Assembly (NCBI GenBank): GCA_963764715.1
Contig: CAVXTP010000003.1
Coordinates: forward strand, 1-64,000
Reading direction: 5' to 3'
Length of the DNA stretch: 64,000 bases
From: an uncultured Acidobacteriota bacterium
GTDB taxonomy: Bacteria; Acidobacteriota; Thermoanaerobaculia; UBA5066; Gp7-AA6
Numbering within the stretch: position 1 is the first letter of the stretch; each line of letters begins with the position of its first letter. Positions 49,644-60,900 of the stretch are shown one piece after another. The notes beneath the pieces are model-generated. The model searched no databases and was not told where the DNA came from. It was given only the letters and a program-made list of their open reading frames with translations. The position numbers and the translations under genes were made by a program.

Positions 49644-50969
49644 GTGCACTGGGACGACACCGCCGTGACCCGCTGGCTCGAGCCGCTCGCCGCGCGCCCG
49701 GGCGAGCTCGCCGACGTCTTCGGCGAGCGCCTGCGCGAGGTTTCGCTCGACTGGCGCGACGGACAGGTCCACGAGGTCCGCGTGCGCCGCGAGGAGGGCG
49801 TCGGCGCGCGGTGGCGCTTCCAGGGCGAGGAGCGCCTCGCGTTCGTGGCCGGCGCGGACGAGGCCTCGGTGCGCGAGGCCGTGCGCGCCCTGCGGAGCGT
49901 GGCCGGCCGGGAGCCCCTCCCGATCCGGGCCGCGCGCGCGTCCGCCGCGGACGACGAGGACGCCTCGCTCGAGGCCGAGCGCTGGACGCGCCGGCTGACG
50001 GGCGTCCTCGGCCGCCACGCACCCCGGCACCGGTTCCTGTGGCGCTCGCTCGAGACCGAGCGGCGCGTCGTCGCGGCGGGAGCGCCGGCGGCGACCTCGC
50101 GCCGGCGGCTCCTCTCCCTCGAGGGCCGGTTCACCGCGGCGTCGCGCCACGGCGACGAGGAACGGACGATCGCCTTCCACGCTCCCGACGCCGACGCGAC
50201 CCCGGACGAGCTGCGGGCGGCGCTCACGGCGGCCGCGGCGCCGCGCGACCGTCCGGTCGAGGTCGGGGCGGGCGAGACGGACGTCGTGCTCGCCGCCGGC
50301 TCGGCGGCGGTGCTCTTTCACGAGATCCTCGGTCACGCGCTGGAGGCCGATGCCGCGGCCTCGCCGCTCTCGGCCCTCAAGGACGCCCGCGTCGCCGTCG
50401 CGGAGCTCGACGTCGCCGACGACGCGCGGAGGCTCGACCTCTTCGGCGGCTACGAGCGCGACGACGAGGGCACGGCGCCGCGACCCGTCAAGCTGCTGCA
50501 CTCGGGCCACCTCGGCGCGAGGCTGACCGACCGCGCGCACGCGCGCCCGGGAGGCTCGACCGGCCACGGGCGGCGCGCCGGGCCGGCCGAGGCGCCCATG
50601 CCCCGCTGCTCCAACGTCGTCCTCCCGGCCGGCGCGGCGACCTCCGACGAGATCGCCCGGCGCGTGACCGACGGGCTCTGGATCGAGGAGTTCCAGGGCG
50701 GCTCGGTCGAGCTCTCGGGCGGGACGTTCCGCCTGCGCTTCCCCCGCGCCCGCCGCGTCCGCCGCGGGCGCTTCACCGAGGAGCTCGGGCCGGGCATCCT
50801 GGCGGGCGAGATCCTGACGGCCCTGAAGAACGTCGAGCCCGTGCTCGGCCGCGAGTCCCGGCCGTGCCGCAGCCTCGGCTGGTGCGCGCGCGACGGGCAG
50901 CTCCTGCCCGTCCAGGGCGCGGCCCCGGACGTCCTGATCCGGCGCCTCGCCGTCCGGCCCGTGCTGTGA
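49644..50969 (+). CDS. tldD: TldD-like metalloprotease subunit
   Basis: LFHEILGHALEAD, DDEG, STGHGRR..PMPR.SN, WC..GQ..PV..P. Confidence 0.85.
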   Translation: MHWDDTAVTRWLEPLAARPGELADVFGERLREVSLDWRDGQVHEVRVRREEGVGARWRFQGEERLAFVAGADEASVREAVRALRSVAGREPLPIRAARASAADDEDASLEAERWTRRLTGVLGRHAPRHRFLWRSLETERRVVAAGAPAATSRRRLLSLEGRFTAASRHGDEERTIAFHAPDADATPDELRAALTAAAAPRDRPVEVGAGETDVVLAAGSAAVLFHEILGHALEADAAASPLSALKDARVAVAELDVADDARRLDLFGGYERDDEGTAPRPVKLLHSGHLGARLTDRAHARPGGSTGHGRRAGPAEAPMPRCSNVVLPAGAATSDEIARRVTDGLWIEEFQGGSVELSGGTFRLRFPRARRVRRGRFTEELGPGILAGEILTALKNVEPVLGRESRPCRSLGWCARDGQLLPVQGAAPDVLIRRLAVRPVL

Positions 50970-52252
50970 AGGCCGTCGGCAAGGACGCCGCGGAGAGCCC
51001 CGCGCCGGACCGGGAGCTGCGCGGCCGGCTGGAGCGCCGCGCGCCCGGGCAGTGGGAGCTGTACCGCAAGACCGGCGAGTCGTGGGAGCTCGCCGCTTCG
51101 CCGGGCCTCGCGCGCACGGCCTGGAGGCGCGAGGAAGGCTGGGCCGCCCGCTGGTGGGACCGCGGCGGCCCGCGGTTCGCCGCCGCCTCGAGCGCCGCGG
51201 CGCTCGGCGCGGCCGTCGAGGACGCGGCGCGTTACGCCGTGGCCGACGAGCCCCCGCCGGAATGGCCGACGCGCGTCGCCGCGGCGCCTCCGGAGATCGC
51301 GGCCGAGCCGCCCCCCGCCCTCTTCGCCGACCTCGCGCGCGCCGTCGCCGCCGCCTCGCGCGGCGAGTGCACGCTCGCCGGCCTGACGCTTCGGCGCGGG
51401 GCGACCCGCGAGCGGATCGAGAACGGAGCCGGCCTCGACGTCGCGTCGGCGCGGTCGGCCGTCGACGGCGTGGCCACGGCGATCGGCCGCCGCGGGGGCC
51501 GCGCCCGCGAGGTCCGCGTCGCGTTTCAGGCGGCGGACCTTCCTCCGATCGACCCCCTGGCGCGGCGCCTCTGCGACGCGGCGGTCCTGCCCCTCGAGGA
51601 GCCGGCCTCGCCGCCGTCGCGCGGGCAGTGGCTGCTGGATCCGTCGGTCGGCGCCGCCCTGCTCGCCGCGCTCGCGCCGGTCTTCACGTCCGAGCGACCG
51701 CCCCTCTGGATCGCGCGCGGGAGCCTCGCCTCCCCGGAGGTCTCGATCGCGGACGACGCGTCCGGCGACGCGCCGTTCGACGGCGAGGGCGTGGCCACGC
51801 GGCGCGTCCTCCTCGTCGAGGAGGGGCGGCTCGCGGCCGGCCTGTACGACCTGCGCACGGCGCGCCGCGCGGGCCGCTCCTCGACCGGCCACGGCGTGCG
51901 TCCGTCCTTCCGCACCCCCCCGGCCGCCGGCCCGCGCCGGATCTTCTTCGAGACCCGCGCCCCGCGGCCCGCGGCGGAGCTGCTCGCCTCGGTGACCCGC
52001 GGCCTCTACGCCTCCGCCCTGACGGCGCCGGTGCGGGTCGACCTGGCGGAGGACCGCTTCGAGATCGAGTTCACCGGCATCGCGATCGTCGCCGGCCGGG
52101 CCCGCGGCGCCGTCGCCGGCGCGAAGGCCGCCGGCCGGATCTCGGAGCTGCTGCACCGCGTGCGCGCGCTGTCGGGCGACGCGCAGTTCTTCCCGATGCC
52201 GTTCGCGGCGGGCTCGCCGACGATTCTGGTGGAGCGGGCGAGCTTCGAGTGA
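50966..52252 (+). CDS. TldE/PmbA-like subunit
   Basis: GTGA overlap with tldD; PFDGEGV, STGHG, SPT.LV; no HExxH. Confidence 0.8.
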   Translation: MKAVGKDAAESPAPDRELRGRLERRAPGQWELYRKTGESWELAASPGLARTAWRREEGWAARWWDRGGPRFAAASSAAALGAAVEDAARYAVADEPPPEWPTRVAAAPPEIAAEPPPALFADLARAVAAASRGECTLAGLTLRRGATRERIENGAGLDVASARSAVDGVATAIGRRGGRAREVRVAFQAADLPPIDPLARRLCDAAVLPLEEPASPPSRGQWLLDPSVGAALLAALAPVFTSERPPLWIARGSLASPEVSIADDASGDAPFDGEGVATRRVLLVEEGRLAAGLYDLRTARRAGRSSTGHGVRPSFRTPPAAGPRRIFFETRAPRPAAELLASVTRGLYASALTAPVRVDLAEDRFEIEFTGIAIVAGRARGAVAGAKAAGRISELLHRVRALSGDAQFFPMPFAAGSPTILVERASFE

Positions 52253-52270
52253 CCCGGTCGGGCCGGGCGT

Positions 52271-53284
52271 CTAGCTCGGCTCGAGGTCCTCGGGGGACGG
52301 CGTCGTCGCGGGCTCGGGGACCGTCTCCGGCGCGCCCGGCTCGTTCGGTCCGCCCTCCTCCGGGGCCGGGGTCGGCGCCGCTTCGGGGACGGCATGCGCG
52401 CCGGCGCCCGCCGGAGGGATCGGCTGGCCCGGTCGCATCGTCCGCGGCGTCGGACGGGAACCCGGCCGCGGCCGCATCGGCGGCTCGTTCGGAGCGGGAC
52501 CGGTCGACGCCCGGGCGGGGCGCTTGGCCCCCGTGCCCGCGGGGGGAGAGCCGCCGCCGGTGGTCGGTCCCACCTCGCGCGGGGCCTCGGTCTCCTCCGG
52601 GGCCACCTCTTCGCTCGCGACCGGATGGTCGACGGGCACGCGCCGGAAAGCGGGCTCTTCGACGAACGACACGTCGCGATCGAGCGTCACCGTCGCGACG
52701 TCGCGCTCGTAGTTCGTCAGCGAGACGCGATACATCAGCTCGGAATCGATGACGAGCGGATTGCGCTTGGGGTTGCGCATCGACGGGTCGATGCGCAGGG
52801 CCTTCGCGTACTGCTCGACGGCGGCGTCGAGTTTCCCCGTCTGCTCGTAGAGGCGGCCGAGGCGGAAGCGCGACGGCGGGAACCCGGGCTTGCGGGCGAT
52901 CGACTTCTTGTAGGCCGCGATCGCGTCCGACGTCTTGCCCTCGGTCTCGCGGAGGATGCCGAGGTTGTAGTCGGCGATGAAATTCGTCTTGTCGAGCTTC
53001 GCCGCCATCTCGTACTGCTCGGCGGCCTGCTTGGGAAAGTGGCGAAGGGCCAGGAGGTTGCCGAAGTCGTTGCGCAGCGTGGCGTCGTTGGGGTTGGCGT
53101 CGACCTTCTGTTCCATCGAGAGGATCTGGTCGTCGAGCGGGTTCCCCGCCACGAGGTACTTGCGGTAGAAGGGCTCCGCCGCATTCGCGCTCTTCGAAGA
53201 ATCGGCCTGGGCGAAGGCCGGCGCCGCGGCCAGGACCGCGACCGCCCACCCCGCCCACCCGATTCGGACCTGGAAAAGTCTCAT
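52271..53284 (-). CDS. Secreted TPR protein with Pro-rich tail
   Basis: Signal peptide, about three TPRs (YNLG..AIAAYKKSI..P), low-complexity C-terminus. Confidence 0.82.
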   Translation of the reverse strand: MRLFQVRIGWAGWAVAVLAAAPAFAQADSSKSANAAEPFYRKYLVAGNPLDDQILSMEQKVDANPNDATLRNDFGNLLALRHFPKQAAEQYEMAAKLDKTNFIADYNLGILRETEGKTSDAIAAYKKSIARKPGFPPSRFRLGRLYEQTGKLDAAVEQYAKALRIDPSMRNPKRNPLVIDSELMYRVSLTNYERDVATVTLDRDVSFVEEPAFRRVPVDHPVASEEVAPEETEAPREVGPTTGGGSPPAGTGAKRPARASTGPAPNEPPMRPRPGSRPTPRTMRPGQPIPPAGAGAHAVPEAAPTPAPEEGGPNEPGAPETVPEPATTPSPEDLEPS

Positions 53285-53883
53285 GTGCTTCCCCTCGGCT
53301 TCTTCTTTGCGATCAGGCGCACGCGGCCGTCGCGCTCCGCGACCTCGAACACGATCTCGCCCGTCCCCATCCGCTCGCGGACCTTTCGGCGCTCCCGCTC
53401 GAGGCCTTCGAGGAAGCCGTCGAGCCGGTAACCGCTGACGTCCTCGCCCCGGGCCTTCTTGGCGGAAACGTAGCGCTCGAACAGGTCCCGGTCGAGGTCG
53501 GCCGGGGCGGCCCGAGGCTCTTCTTGTACGGACGCCGCCCTCCCGGCGTTGGGGCCGGGCGGGGACGCGACCCCGGCCGCCGCAGCCCCGCGAAAGTGGC
53601 CGTAGAGGCCCGGGCGCCGCCCCGACTCCTTCTCGGCCAGGAGGCGGTCCCAGCGCTCGTTCAGGGCCTGGAAACGGCCCTGGAGCGTCGAAAACCGGTA
53701 TCTCTCCGCGGCGGTCATGGACTCGGAATCGTTGAGCCGCCGGAACATCTCCTCGACGTGCCGGCGGGACTCGGTCGGGGGCTTCGCGGTCGAGCCGTAC
53801 AGGAAGGCGTCGCACTCGGCCGAGAGGCGGCGGAGGGCCTGGTCGAGGACCTGAAGCTCGCGTTCCCAGTTCGCGCTGCTCAT
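53281..53883 (-). CDS. MXAN_5187 C-terminal-domain-like protein
   Basis: RYRFSTLQGRF..WDRLL; LFERYV.AK..GE..FEV..DGRVRL. Confidence 0.65.
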   Translation of the reverse strand: MSSANWERELQVLDQALRRLSAECDAFLYGSTAKPPTESRRHVEEMFRRLNDSESMTAAERYRFSTLQGRFQALNERWDRLLAEKESGRRPGLYGHFRGAAAAGVASPPGPNAGRAASVQEEPRAAPADLDRDLFERYVSAKKARGEDVSGYRLDGFLEGLERERRKVRERMGTGEIVFEVAERDGRVRLIAKKKPRGST

Positions 53884-53937
53884 GCCGTGGCCCCTCCCGT
53901 CGCCCGGATCCGCACCGTCTCCTATAGTAAAGGAACC

Positions 53938-55293
53938 TTGAGCGACGCGGCCGGCCACCGCCCCCACCCTCCCTCGATGGACGCGCTCCTGCGCTCGCCC
54001 GACGCCGGGGAGCCGCTCGCCCGCTACGGGCGCGTCGCCGTGAAGGAGGAGCTCCGGCGGGCCATGGCGGGGGGCGAGGCGCGGGCCGAGGCGCTGTGGG
54101 AGGCCGCGCTCGGGCAGCTCGCCCGGAGGTTCGCGCCGACCCTCGAGCGCGCCGTCAACGCCACGGGCGTCCTCCTCCACACCAACCTGGGACGCGCCCC
54201 CCTGCCGGAGGAGGCGCGCGCGGCGGTCCTCGAGGCGGCCGCCGGTTACTCGACCGTCGAGTACGACCCGGCGCGCGGCGGCCGGGGCCGGCGGCAGGAC
54301 CACGTCCGCGCGGCATCGAAGGACCTCTTCGGCTGCGCCGATGCGATCGCCGTCAACAACAACGCCGCGGCGGTGCTGCTGGCGCTCGCGGCCCTCGCCC
54401 GCGGCCGCTCGGTGCTGGTCTCGCGCGGGGAGCTCGTCGCGATCGGCGGCTCGTTCAAGATCCCCGAGATCCTCGAGGCCTCGGGGGCGAGGCTCGCCGA
54501 GGTCGGGACGACCAACCGGACGACGGCCGACGACTACCGCCGGGCGTTTTCCCCGGACGTGGCCCTGATGCTCTCGGTCCATCCGTCCAACTACGAGATC
54601 CGCGGCTACACGTCGCGCCCGGCCCCGGCCGAGCTCGCCGCGCTCGCCCGGGAATCCGGCGTTCCGTGGCTCCACGACCAGGGCACCGGCTGCGTCGTCC
54701 CGCTCGACGAGTTCGGCGTCCCGGCCGAGCCCACGGTGGCCGAGTGCCTCGACGCCGGAGCGGACCTCGTGACGTTCTCGGGCGACAAGCTCTTCTCCGG
54801 ACCCCAGGCGGGATTCCTCGTCGGGCGCGCGGACCTCGTCCAGCAGGCCGCGCGGCACCCCATCGCGCGCGCCGTCCGGCCGGACAAGCTGACGCTCGCG
54901 GCCCTCGCCGCGACCCTCGCCGCGTGGAAGACGGGGGCGTGGCGCGGGTTTCCGGTGTACCGGGCGGCAGCGGCCCCGGCCTCCGCCCTCGAGGAGCGGG
55001 GCCGGCGGATCCTCCGCGAGGCGCTCCCCGCCGGCGCGGACCTCTCGGGTGAGCTTCTTGCCTCGCGGGCGGTCTTCGGCGGCGGCACCAGCCCGGAAAA
55101 GACCTTCCCCTCGCAGGCGATCGCGCTGGCTCGCCGCGACCTGACGGCGGACGCTCTCGCCGCGCGCCTGCGCGCGCGCAAGCCGCCGATCGTCGCGCGC
55201 GTCGAGGACGGCCGCGTCTGGCTCGACCTGCGCTCGATCGCGCCGGAGGAAGACGCGCTCGTGATCGCGGCTCTCCGGGCCGAAGTGCGATAA
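53938..55293 (+). CDS. selA: L-seryl-tRNA(Sec) selenium transferase
   Basis: NATGVLLHTNLGRAP, NNNAAA, SRGELV.IGGSF, EVGTTNRT, FSGDKL.SGPQAG; TTG start (alternative ATG near 53977). Confidence 0.93.
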   Translation: MSDAAGHRPHPPSMDALLRSPDAGEPLARYGRVAVKEELRRAMAGGEARAEALWEAALGQLARRFAPTLERAVNATGVLLHTNLGRAPLPEEARAAVLEAAAGYSTVEYDPARGGRGRRQDHVRAASKDLFGCADAIAVNNNAAAVLLALAALARGRSVLVSRGELVAIGGSFKIPEILEASGARLAEVGTTNRTTADDYRRAFSPDVALMLSVHPSNYEIRGYTSRPAPAELAALARESGVPWLHDQGTGCVVPLDEFGVPAEPTVAECLDAGADLVTFSGDKLFSGPQAGFLVGRADLVQQAARHPIARAVRPDKLTLAALAATLAAWKTGAWRGFPVYRAAAAPASALEERGRRILREALPAGADLSGELLASRAVFGGGTSPEKTFPSQAIALARRDLTADALAARLRARKPPIVARVEDGRVWLDLRSIAPEEDALVIAALRAEVR

Positions 55294-55300
55294 TCGTCCG

Positions 55301-55525
55301 ATGACGCGACGAGCGGTCCGCGCGGCGTGGCCTCTGCCCCTCGTTCTGCTCGCGCTCGCGGCTCACGCCGGCGGCTGCCGGAAGACCTCGAGCGCGGCAC
55401 GCCCCGAGGTCACGCCCGCGGCGGCGCATCCCTGGATCACCCCGCTGATGACGCCGCCGCCGCCGCTCCCGACGCCCACGCTCTGGCGCAAGGACATCAC
55501 CCGGGTCCCGGCCCTGCCGGAGTGA
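55301..55525 (+). CDS. Small putative lipoprotein
   Basis: Signal peptide with AGGC lipobox, Pro-rich tail. Confidence 0.5.
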   Translation: MTRRAVRAAWPLPLVLLALAAHAGGCRKTSSAARPEVTPAAAHPWITPLMTPPPPLPTPTLWRKDITRVPALPE

Positions 55526-55526
55526 A

Positions 55527-56885
55527 TCAGGCGTCGGCGAGGCCGTGCTCGCGGAGCTTGGCCTCGAAGCGGCGAGGCGTCAGCCCGGCCGCCGTCGCGG
55601 CCGCCGTGCGGTCCCCCTTGGCCCGGTCGAGCGCGCGCACGAGCCAGGCGCGCTCCGCCGCGGCGGCCGCCCGCTCGCGGGCCTCTTCCAGCGACTCGTC
55701 GCGCACGGCGGGAAGGTACGCCGGCTCCGAGCCGAGGCGCAGGTGGCGCTCCTCGATCGTCCCGCCGTCGGCCAGGATGATCGCCCGCTCGAGGCAGTTG
55801 CGCAGCTCCCGCACGTTGCCCGGCCAGTCGTAGGCGCGGATCCTCGCGCGCGCCGCCTCGGACAGCGTCAGGGCGCGCTTGCCCAGCTCCTGCGGCAGCC
55901 GCTCGAGATACCAGTCCACCAGCGGATCGATGTCGTCGGGCCGCTCGCGCAGCGACGGGATCCGGATCGGGAAGACGCGCACCCGGTAGAAGAGGTCCTC
56001 CCGGAAGAGACCCTGCTGGACGAGCTTTTCGAGCGACCGGTTCGAGGCCGCGATGATCCGGACGTCGACCTCGATCGGAACGGTGCCGCCGACCCGGTGG
56101 AACGACCGCTCCTGGAGCACGCGGAGGAGCTTCCCCTGCGTGGCGGGCGTCAGCTCGCCGATCTCGTCGAGGAAGATCGTGCCGAGGTCGCCGAGCTCGA
56201 ACTTCCCCATCCGCCGCGCCGAGGCCCCCGTGAAGGCGCCCCGCTCGTGGCCGAAGAGCTCGCTTTCCAGCAGCGTCTCCGGAATCGCCGCGCAGTTGAT
56301 CGCGACGAACGCGCCGTTGCGCCGGGTCGAGAGGACGTGGATCGCCCGCGCGAAGAGCTCCTTGCCGGTCCCGCTCTCGCCCTCGAGCAGCACGGTGGCG
56401 TCGGTCGCCGCCACGCGCTCGGCCTCGGCGCGCACCAGCCGAATGGCCGCCGACTCGCCGACGATCGGCGGCATGGCCCGGGAGTGCGCCTCGGCGAAGA
56501 GCAGCGATTCACGCGAGCGCGCGCGCCGCTCGAGCGCCCGGGAGACGAGCAGGCGCAGGAGGTCCGGATCGACCGGCTTGGTCACGAAGTCCTCGGCGCC
56601 GTGCTTCATCGCCTCGACGGCCGTCTCGATCGACCCGTAGGCGGTCATGACGAGGACCGGCAGCGTCGGGTCCTGCGCCACGGCGGCGTCGAGGACCGCG
56701 AGGCCGTCGGCGCCCGGCAGGCGCCAGTCGGTCAGGACGAGGTCGTAGCGCTCGCCGGCCTTGAGCCGTTCGACCGCCTGCGTCCCGGTCGACGCGCAGT
56801 CCACGCGCAGCCCCTCGGCCTTGAGCATCTCCTCGAGCATCGTGCGCAAGGAGTCCTTGTCTTCGACGATGAGGATGCGGGACAT
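55527..56885 (-). CDS. Sigma54-dependent response regulator (NtrC/PilR-like)
   Basis: Receiver domain (ED, D-W-R-LP, KP), GESGTGKE, GAFTGA, WPGNVREL, HTH. Confidence 0.95.
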   Translation of the reverse strand: MSRILIVEDKDSLRTMLEEMLKAEGLRVDCASTGTQAVERLKAGERYDLVLTDWRLPGADGLAVLDAAVAQDPTLPVLVMTAYGSIETAVEAMKHGAEDFVTKPVDPDLLRLLVSRALERRARSRESLLFAEAHSRAMPPIVGESAAIRLVRAEAERVAATDATVLLEGESGTGKELFARAIHVLSTRRNGAFVAINCAAIPETLLESELFGHERGAFTGASARRMGKFELGDLGTIFLDEIGELTPATQGKLLRVLQERSFHRVGGTVPIEVDVRIIAASNRSLEKLVQQGLFREDLFYRVRVFPIRIPSLRERPDDIDPLVDWYLERLPQELGKRALTLSEAARARIRAYDWPGNVRELRNCLERAIILADGGTIEERHLRLGSEPAYLPAVRDESLEEARERAAAAAERAWLVRALDRAKGDRTAAATAAGLTPRRFEAKLREHGLADA

Positions 56886-56917
56886 GTGTTTGGGTTCAGG
56901 TTAGCAGACGGTGGGAG

Positions 56918-57008
56918 AAGGAGGCAGGAGGCGGGAGGCAGTAAGCAGTAAGCGGTAAGCGGTAAGCCAGGCCAACCTACCGCCTGACGTCTGCCTCCTG
57001 ACGGCTTA
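56918..57008. repeat. Heptamer tandem repeats with loosely inverted partner
   Basis: (GGAGGCR)n then (GTAAGCR)4, followed by CTACCGC/CTGACGT/CTGCCTC/CTGACGG. Confidence 0.6.
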
Positions 57009-57905
57009 CCGGTTCGGCGGCTTGGGCTGGTTGTCCGGGCTCGTCGCGCCGGGGATGTATCCGGTCTTGCCGTCGGCCGGCGGCTTCGAGGGGGCGCTGG
57101 CGACGGGGGCCGCGTAGAGCGTGCCCTGTCCGTAGGGCGTCCGGACCGGCGTCGGCACGGCGGCTTTCGCGGCCGCGGCGGCCGCGGCCGTCCCCGGACG
57201 CGGAGTCGGCTCCGGCGGCGGCTTCGGCTGGGTCCACTGCGGGTTGAAACGGATGTTCGACACGTTCTTCGAGCCGACCTTCAGCGAGGCCGTGAAGTCG
57301 ACCGTCTGGCCGGCCCCGATCGAACCCTTCGAGAGCGTCGCCGGGGCGCCGTCGATCGGCTGCCCCTTCTCGTCGAGGGCGGCGACGCTCATCCGGACGT
57401 TCTCGGCCGTGGCCTGACCCGGATTGCGCAGCGACCCCTTCACGGCGAGCGCCTCTCCGACGAGCTCCTGCGTGTAGTCGACGACCTCGACGCGGGCCCC
57501 TCCGGGCCCCGCGGCGGCCTCCTTGCCCTCCTCGGGCGCGGCCGCCGCATCGAGATCGAGCGGGTGCGAGACGTCGGCGTCGGTGATCCGGACCCTGGCC
57601 TTCGGCGCTTCGGACGTCGCGCGGACCGCTTCGGCGGGAGTCGACGCCGGCGCCGACGCGCCGGCCGCCGGGGCGGCCGGCGAGGCCTGGTTGGCCCTTG
57701 CCGTCGCCTCGCGGTCGATCTCCGAGACCGGAACGGACAGGAGCGTTCCGTCGGCTCGCGTCAGGTAGGCGGTGTTGCCCCGACGGACCCAGGCCTGCTT
57801 CAGGGGCACCACGGCGCCGCCCTTGAGGACGACCACGTCCGCCAGGCTGAACGCCGCCGTGGCGCCGAGGAAAGCAGCGATCCAGGCCGCCCGGATCCGT
57901 TTCAC
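57006..57905 (-). CDS. Secreted protein with Ig-like (FxLYD-like) domain
   Basis: GTG in a GTGA overlap with pilY1; signal peptide; V.G..RN.G..A.NV..V..LDEKG. Confidence 0.72.
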   Translation of the reverse strand: MKRIRAAWIAAFLGATAAFSLADVVVLKGGAVVPLKQAWVRRGNTAYLTRADGTLLSVPVSEIDREATARANQASPAAPAAGASAPASTPAEAVRATSEAPKARVRITDADVSHPLDLDAAAAPEEGKEAAAGPGGARVEVVDYTQELVGEALAVKGSLRNPGQATAENVRMSVAALDEKGQPIDGAPATLSKGSIGAGQTVDFTASLKVGSKNVSNIRFNPQWTQPKPPPEPTPRPGTAAAAAAAKAAVPTPVRTPYGQGTLYAAPVASAPSKPPADGKTGYIPGATSPDNQPKPPNR

Positions 57906-60900
57906 TGCTGCTGCTCCTTCCAGTTCTGCTCGATCGTGTGGATCACGTTGGGTGTCACCTGCTGCTCGATGCCGCCGCTCGTCGTGAGCGTCGTGTCGAT
58001 TGTATCGCCGTCCGGCGAGACCGACTGCGACGCGGCGGCCATGCCCTCGCCCAGGTTCTCCTGGTAGTCGGCGTAGCTGCCCGTCGTGCCGTAGTAACCC
58101 TGGCCCGTCTGGTAGAAGAACCGGTAGCGGTACGAGCTGCCGTTCGTCGCGCACGGGGAGACCGAATCCGGGGTGAACGTGATGAGCGACAGGTAGCCCC
58201 GGGTCGAGAAGACCGTCGAGGTCGTCTTCTCGTTGAGCGAACCGTACTCGAGCACGAAGCCGTTGGCGGCGTTGGTGCAGACGCCGGTGTACGGCAGCGG
58301 ACACGGCGTGCCTCCCGGCGGGGTCAGGTCGTGGAGGTCGGCCTTGACGAAGGTCTTCGTGGTCTGTCCCGTGTCGACGACGTAGAAGAAGTCCTGGGGC
58401 TGGGTGTTCGGCCGCGCGAGCTCCGCGCGGTTGCCCGTCCCGAAGGAGATGCCGAGCACGGGCGGGGAGCCCGCGCCGCCCACGTACACCACGCCGGGCT
58501 CGAAGAAGACGGGCCACTTGTTGGTGCACGTCCCGGCCGCCAGCTCACAGCCGTCGAAGAGCATGAACGGCGCGTAGCCATGGGCCTGGCCGGCCGTGAT
58601 CTCGCCGCGCTTCGGGCTCGCCGACGCGTCCGGCGTGAGGTCGACGCGCCACATGTGGCCGTTGACGTCGCCGATGTACGCCGCATCCAGGTACCCGTCG
58701 TCGTTGTAGTCGACGACGGCCGGAGGCGCGGGCATCGGGGCGAAGTCGACCGGGGCGCCGCCGCCGTCGACGCCGCGCGTCGACTTGTAGATGATTCGGC
58801 CGGTCTCCACGTCGATCATGTAGAACGAGCGGCCGCGAATGACGGTGCCCGTCCCGAGCTTGGCGGAGACGTCGTCGCCTGGCGTGAAGCTCGGATCGTA
58901 GCCGCCGCCGAAGATCGCGACGTAACGATCGTCGAAGCCGCTGGCGTCCGCCGTGGGGCTCGACGGGTCGATGACCTTGATCCGGCCGATGACCGGCCGC
59001 GACCAGGTCTCGCCGAGCGGCGCGCCCACGGTGCCGCAGGCATCCGAGCAGGCCGCTCCGACGTCCGCGAACTCCCACATGATCGTGGGGTACTGGCGGC
59101 CGGTGGCCGCCCCCGCCACGCAGGACGTTCCGCCGCCGTCGAGGCACGCCGGCGAGGCATCCTTGTCGCCGACGATCTCGCCGAAGGTCGGCGAGCCCGT
59201 CACCGTGTCGATGTCGTCGGGCTGCGTGACGTCGAGGGCGTAGTAGCCCTGGCCGCCCTGGCGCAGTCCGCCGACGAGGACCGTCCGCCACACGCGCTCG
59301 GTCTCGTCCGGCGTTCCGACGAACGCCGGGTCGATGAAGACGTCGGCCGTGGCCGTCGAGCCGTCCACGAAGTACTGCGGCAGCGGCGGGAAGTTCAACA
59401 GGTTCGGGAACTTCGAATCCATGACGATCCGCGGCGAGTAGGCGAAGATCTCGCGCCCGGTGCCGAGGTCGTGGGTCTGCGCGAAGTTGGCCGTGTCGCG
59501 GCCCCAGACGCCGCCGTCGAAGGCGTGGAGGAAGCCGTCGTTGGCCCCGGCGAAGACGACCTTGCGCCGCTTGGCCTGAAGGGTCGCGAAGTCCAGGTAC
59601 GGCTGGCCGAACGTCGAGGAGCTCGTCCGCGGCGTCAGGTTGGCCGAGAGGTACTGGAAGTAGCGCGGCGGCTCGAGCATCAGCGGCTCGGAGTGGAAGA
59701 TGTCGCCGAGCTTGTGCGCGTAGCCGGCCGGAGGCGTCCCGTCGTCGTCGGTGCGGACCTGCGGCGGATCGCCCGGCGCCGGAGCGTCGTCCTGGTAGAA
59801 GTACGAATACCTCTGTTCGTCTCCCGTCGCCGGGCCGATCGTGCCGATCGTCGGGGGCCGGATCGTCGGGTCGTTCAGAACTTCGTCGCGGCGGCCGAAG
59901 GCCGAGATTCCGCCGCGCAGGAACTGGACCGTCAGCGTCGCGAGCTTCCGGTCGGCGGCCGACGCGGGGTCGAGCCCCATGGCCGTGATGAGACTGTCGA
60001 AGCAGCCGCCGGTGCAGTTCCCGGTATTCGGCATCAGGTCGGCGCGCGTCAGCGGGACCCCGGCGGTCGTGCCCGCCCAGATCATCTTGCGTCCCGGCCA
60101 CACGGAGATCGCCGGGGCGCGGCTCGAGGGCGCGGCCGCCACGGACGCGGCGCCGGCCGCCAGGTCCGACCGGGGATCCGTGTACCCGAGGACTCGTCCC
60201 GCGCTCCATACCGGCTTCCGGAGGGCCGGATTGGCGTTGTTCGGGTCGGTCTCGTCGGCGTAGTCGTTGGCGACCACGGCCGGCGTGGGCGTCGGCGTGG
60301 CGGCCGACGGGGTGTTCGTCGGGCCCGCCGACGTCGGCGTGACCGTCGCGGCCGCGGCCGTCACTACGGGAATCAGGCCGTTGGAATCGAGCTGGTAGCT
60401 CTTGATCGAGCCGTTCCAGATCGACCAGCTCGAGAGATCGCCGTTCGTGTTGAGGTGGCTCGGGACGACCGATCCGACCTGGGCCGTATCGCCGAAGCCG
60501 CCGGCGAAGGCCGGGACCGACGGCGACGCGAAGTAGTTGGCGGTGCGCTTGAAGTCGAGCAGCGATTCGAGGACCGACAGGAGCGCCGTGCGATCGCTGA
60601 CCGCGAAGAGCTTGCCGCCGCTGTTGGTCGCGATGCAGTTGAGCGCCGGGAAGAACGCCGGGTTGGTGTTCAGGCCGACGACGTAAACCGGGATGCCGTT
60701 GACGCGGACGCTCGGGTCGAGGGCCGCGGCCGCGGCCCGCCGCCCCGGAGCGCTCTCCGGAAGGGGAACCACCCCGAGGTCTCCGGCGGCGCCGTTGCCG
60801 GACGTTCCGCCGACGCACGGGTCGGAACCCGCCTCGTCGTGGCCGTCGGTGATGAACACGATGATGTAGTTGCGGCAGTCGATCGCCGGATCCGGGGCGC

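Noticed and set aside
49644-52252. TldD/E as part of a RiPP cluster
   Set aside because: No precursor peptide, YcaO or radical SAM gene nearby; stand-alone tldDE is common
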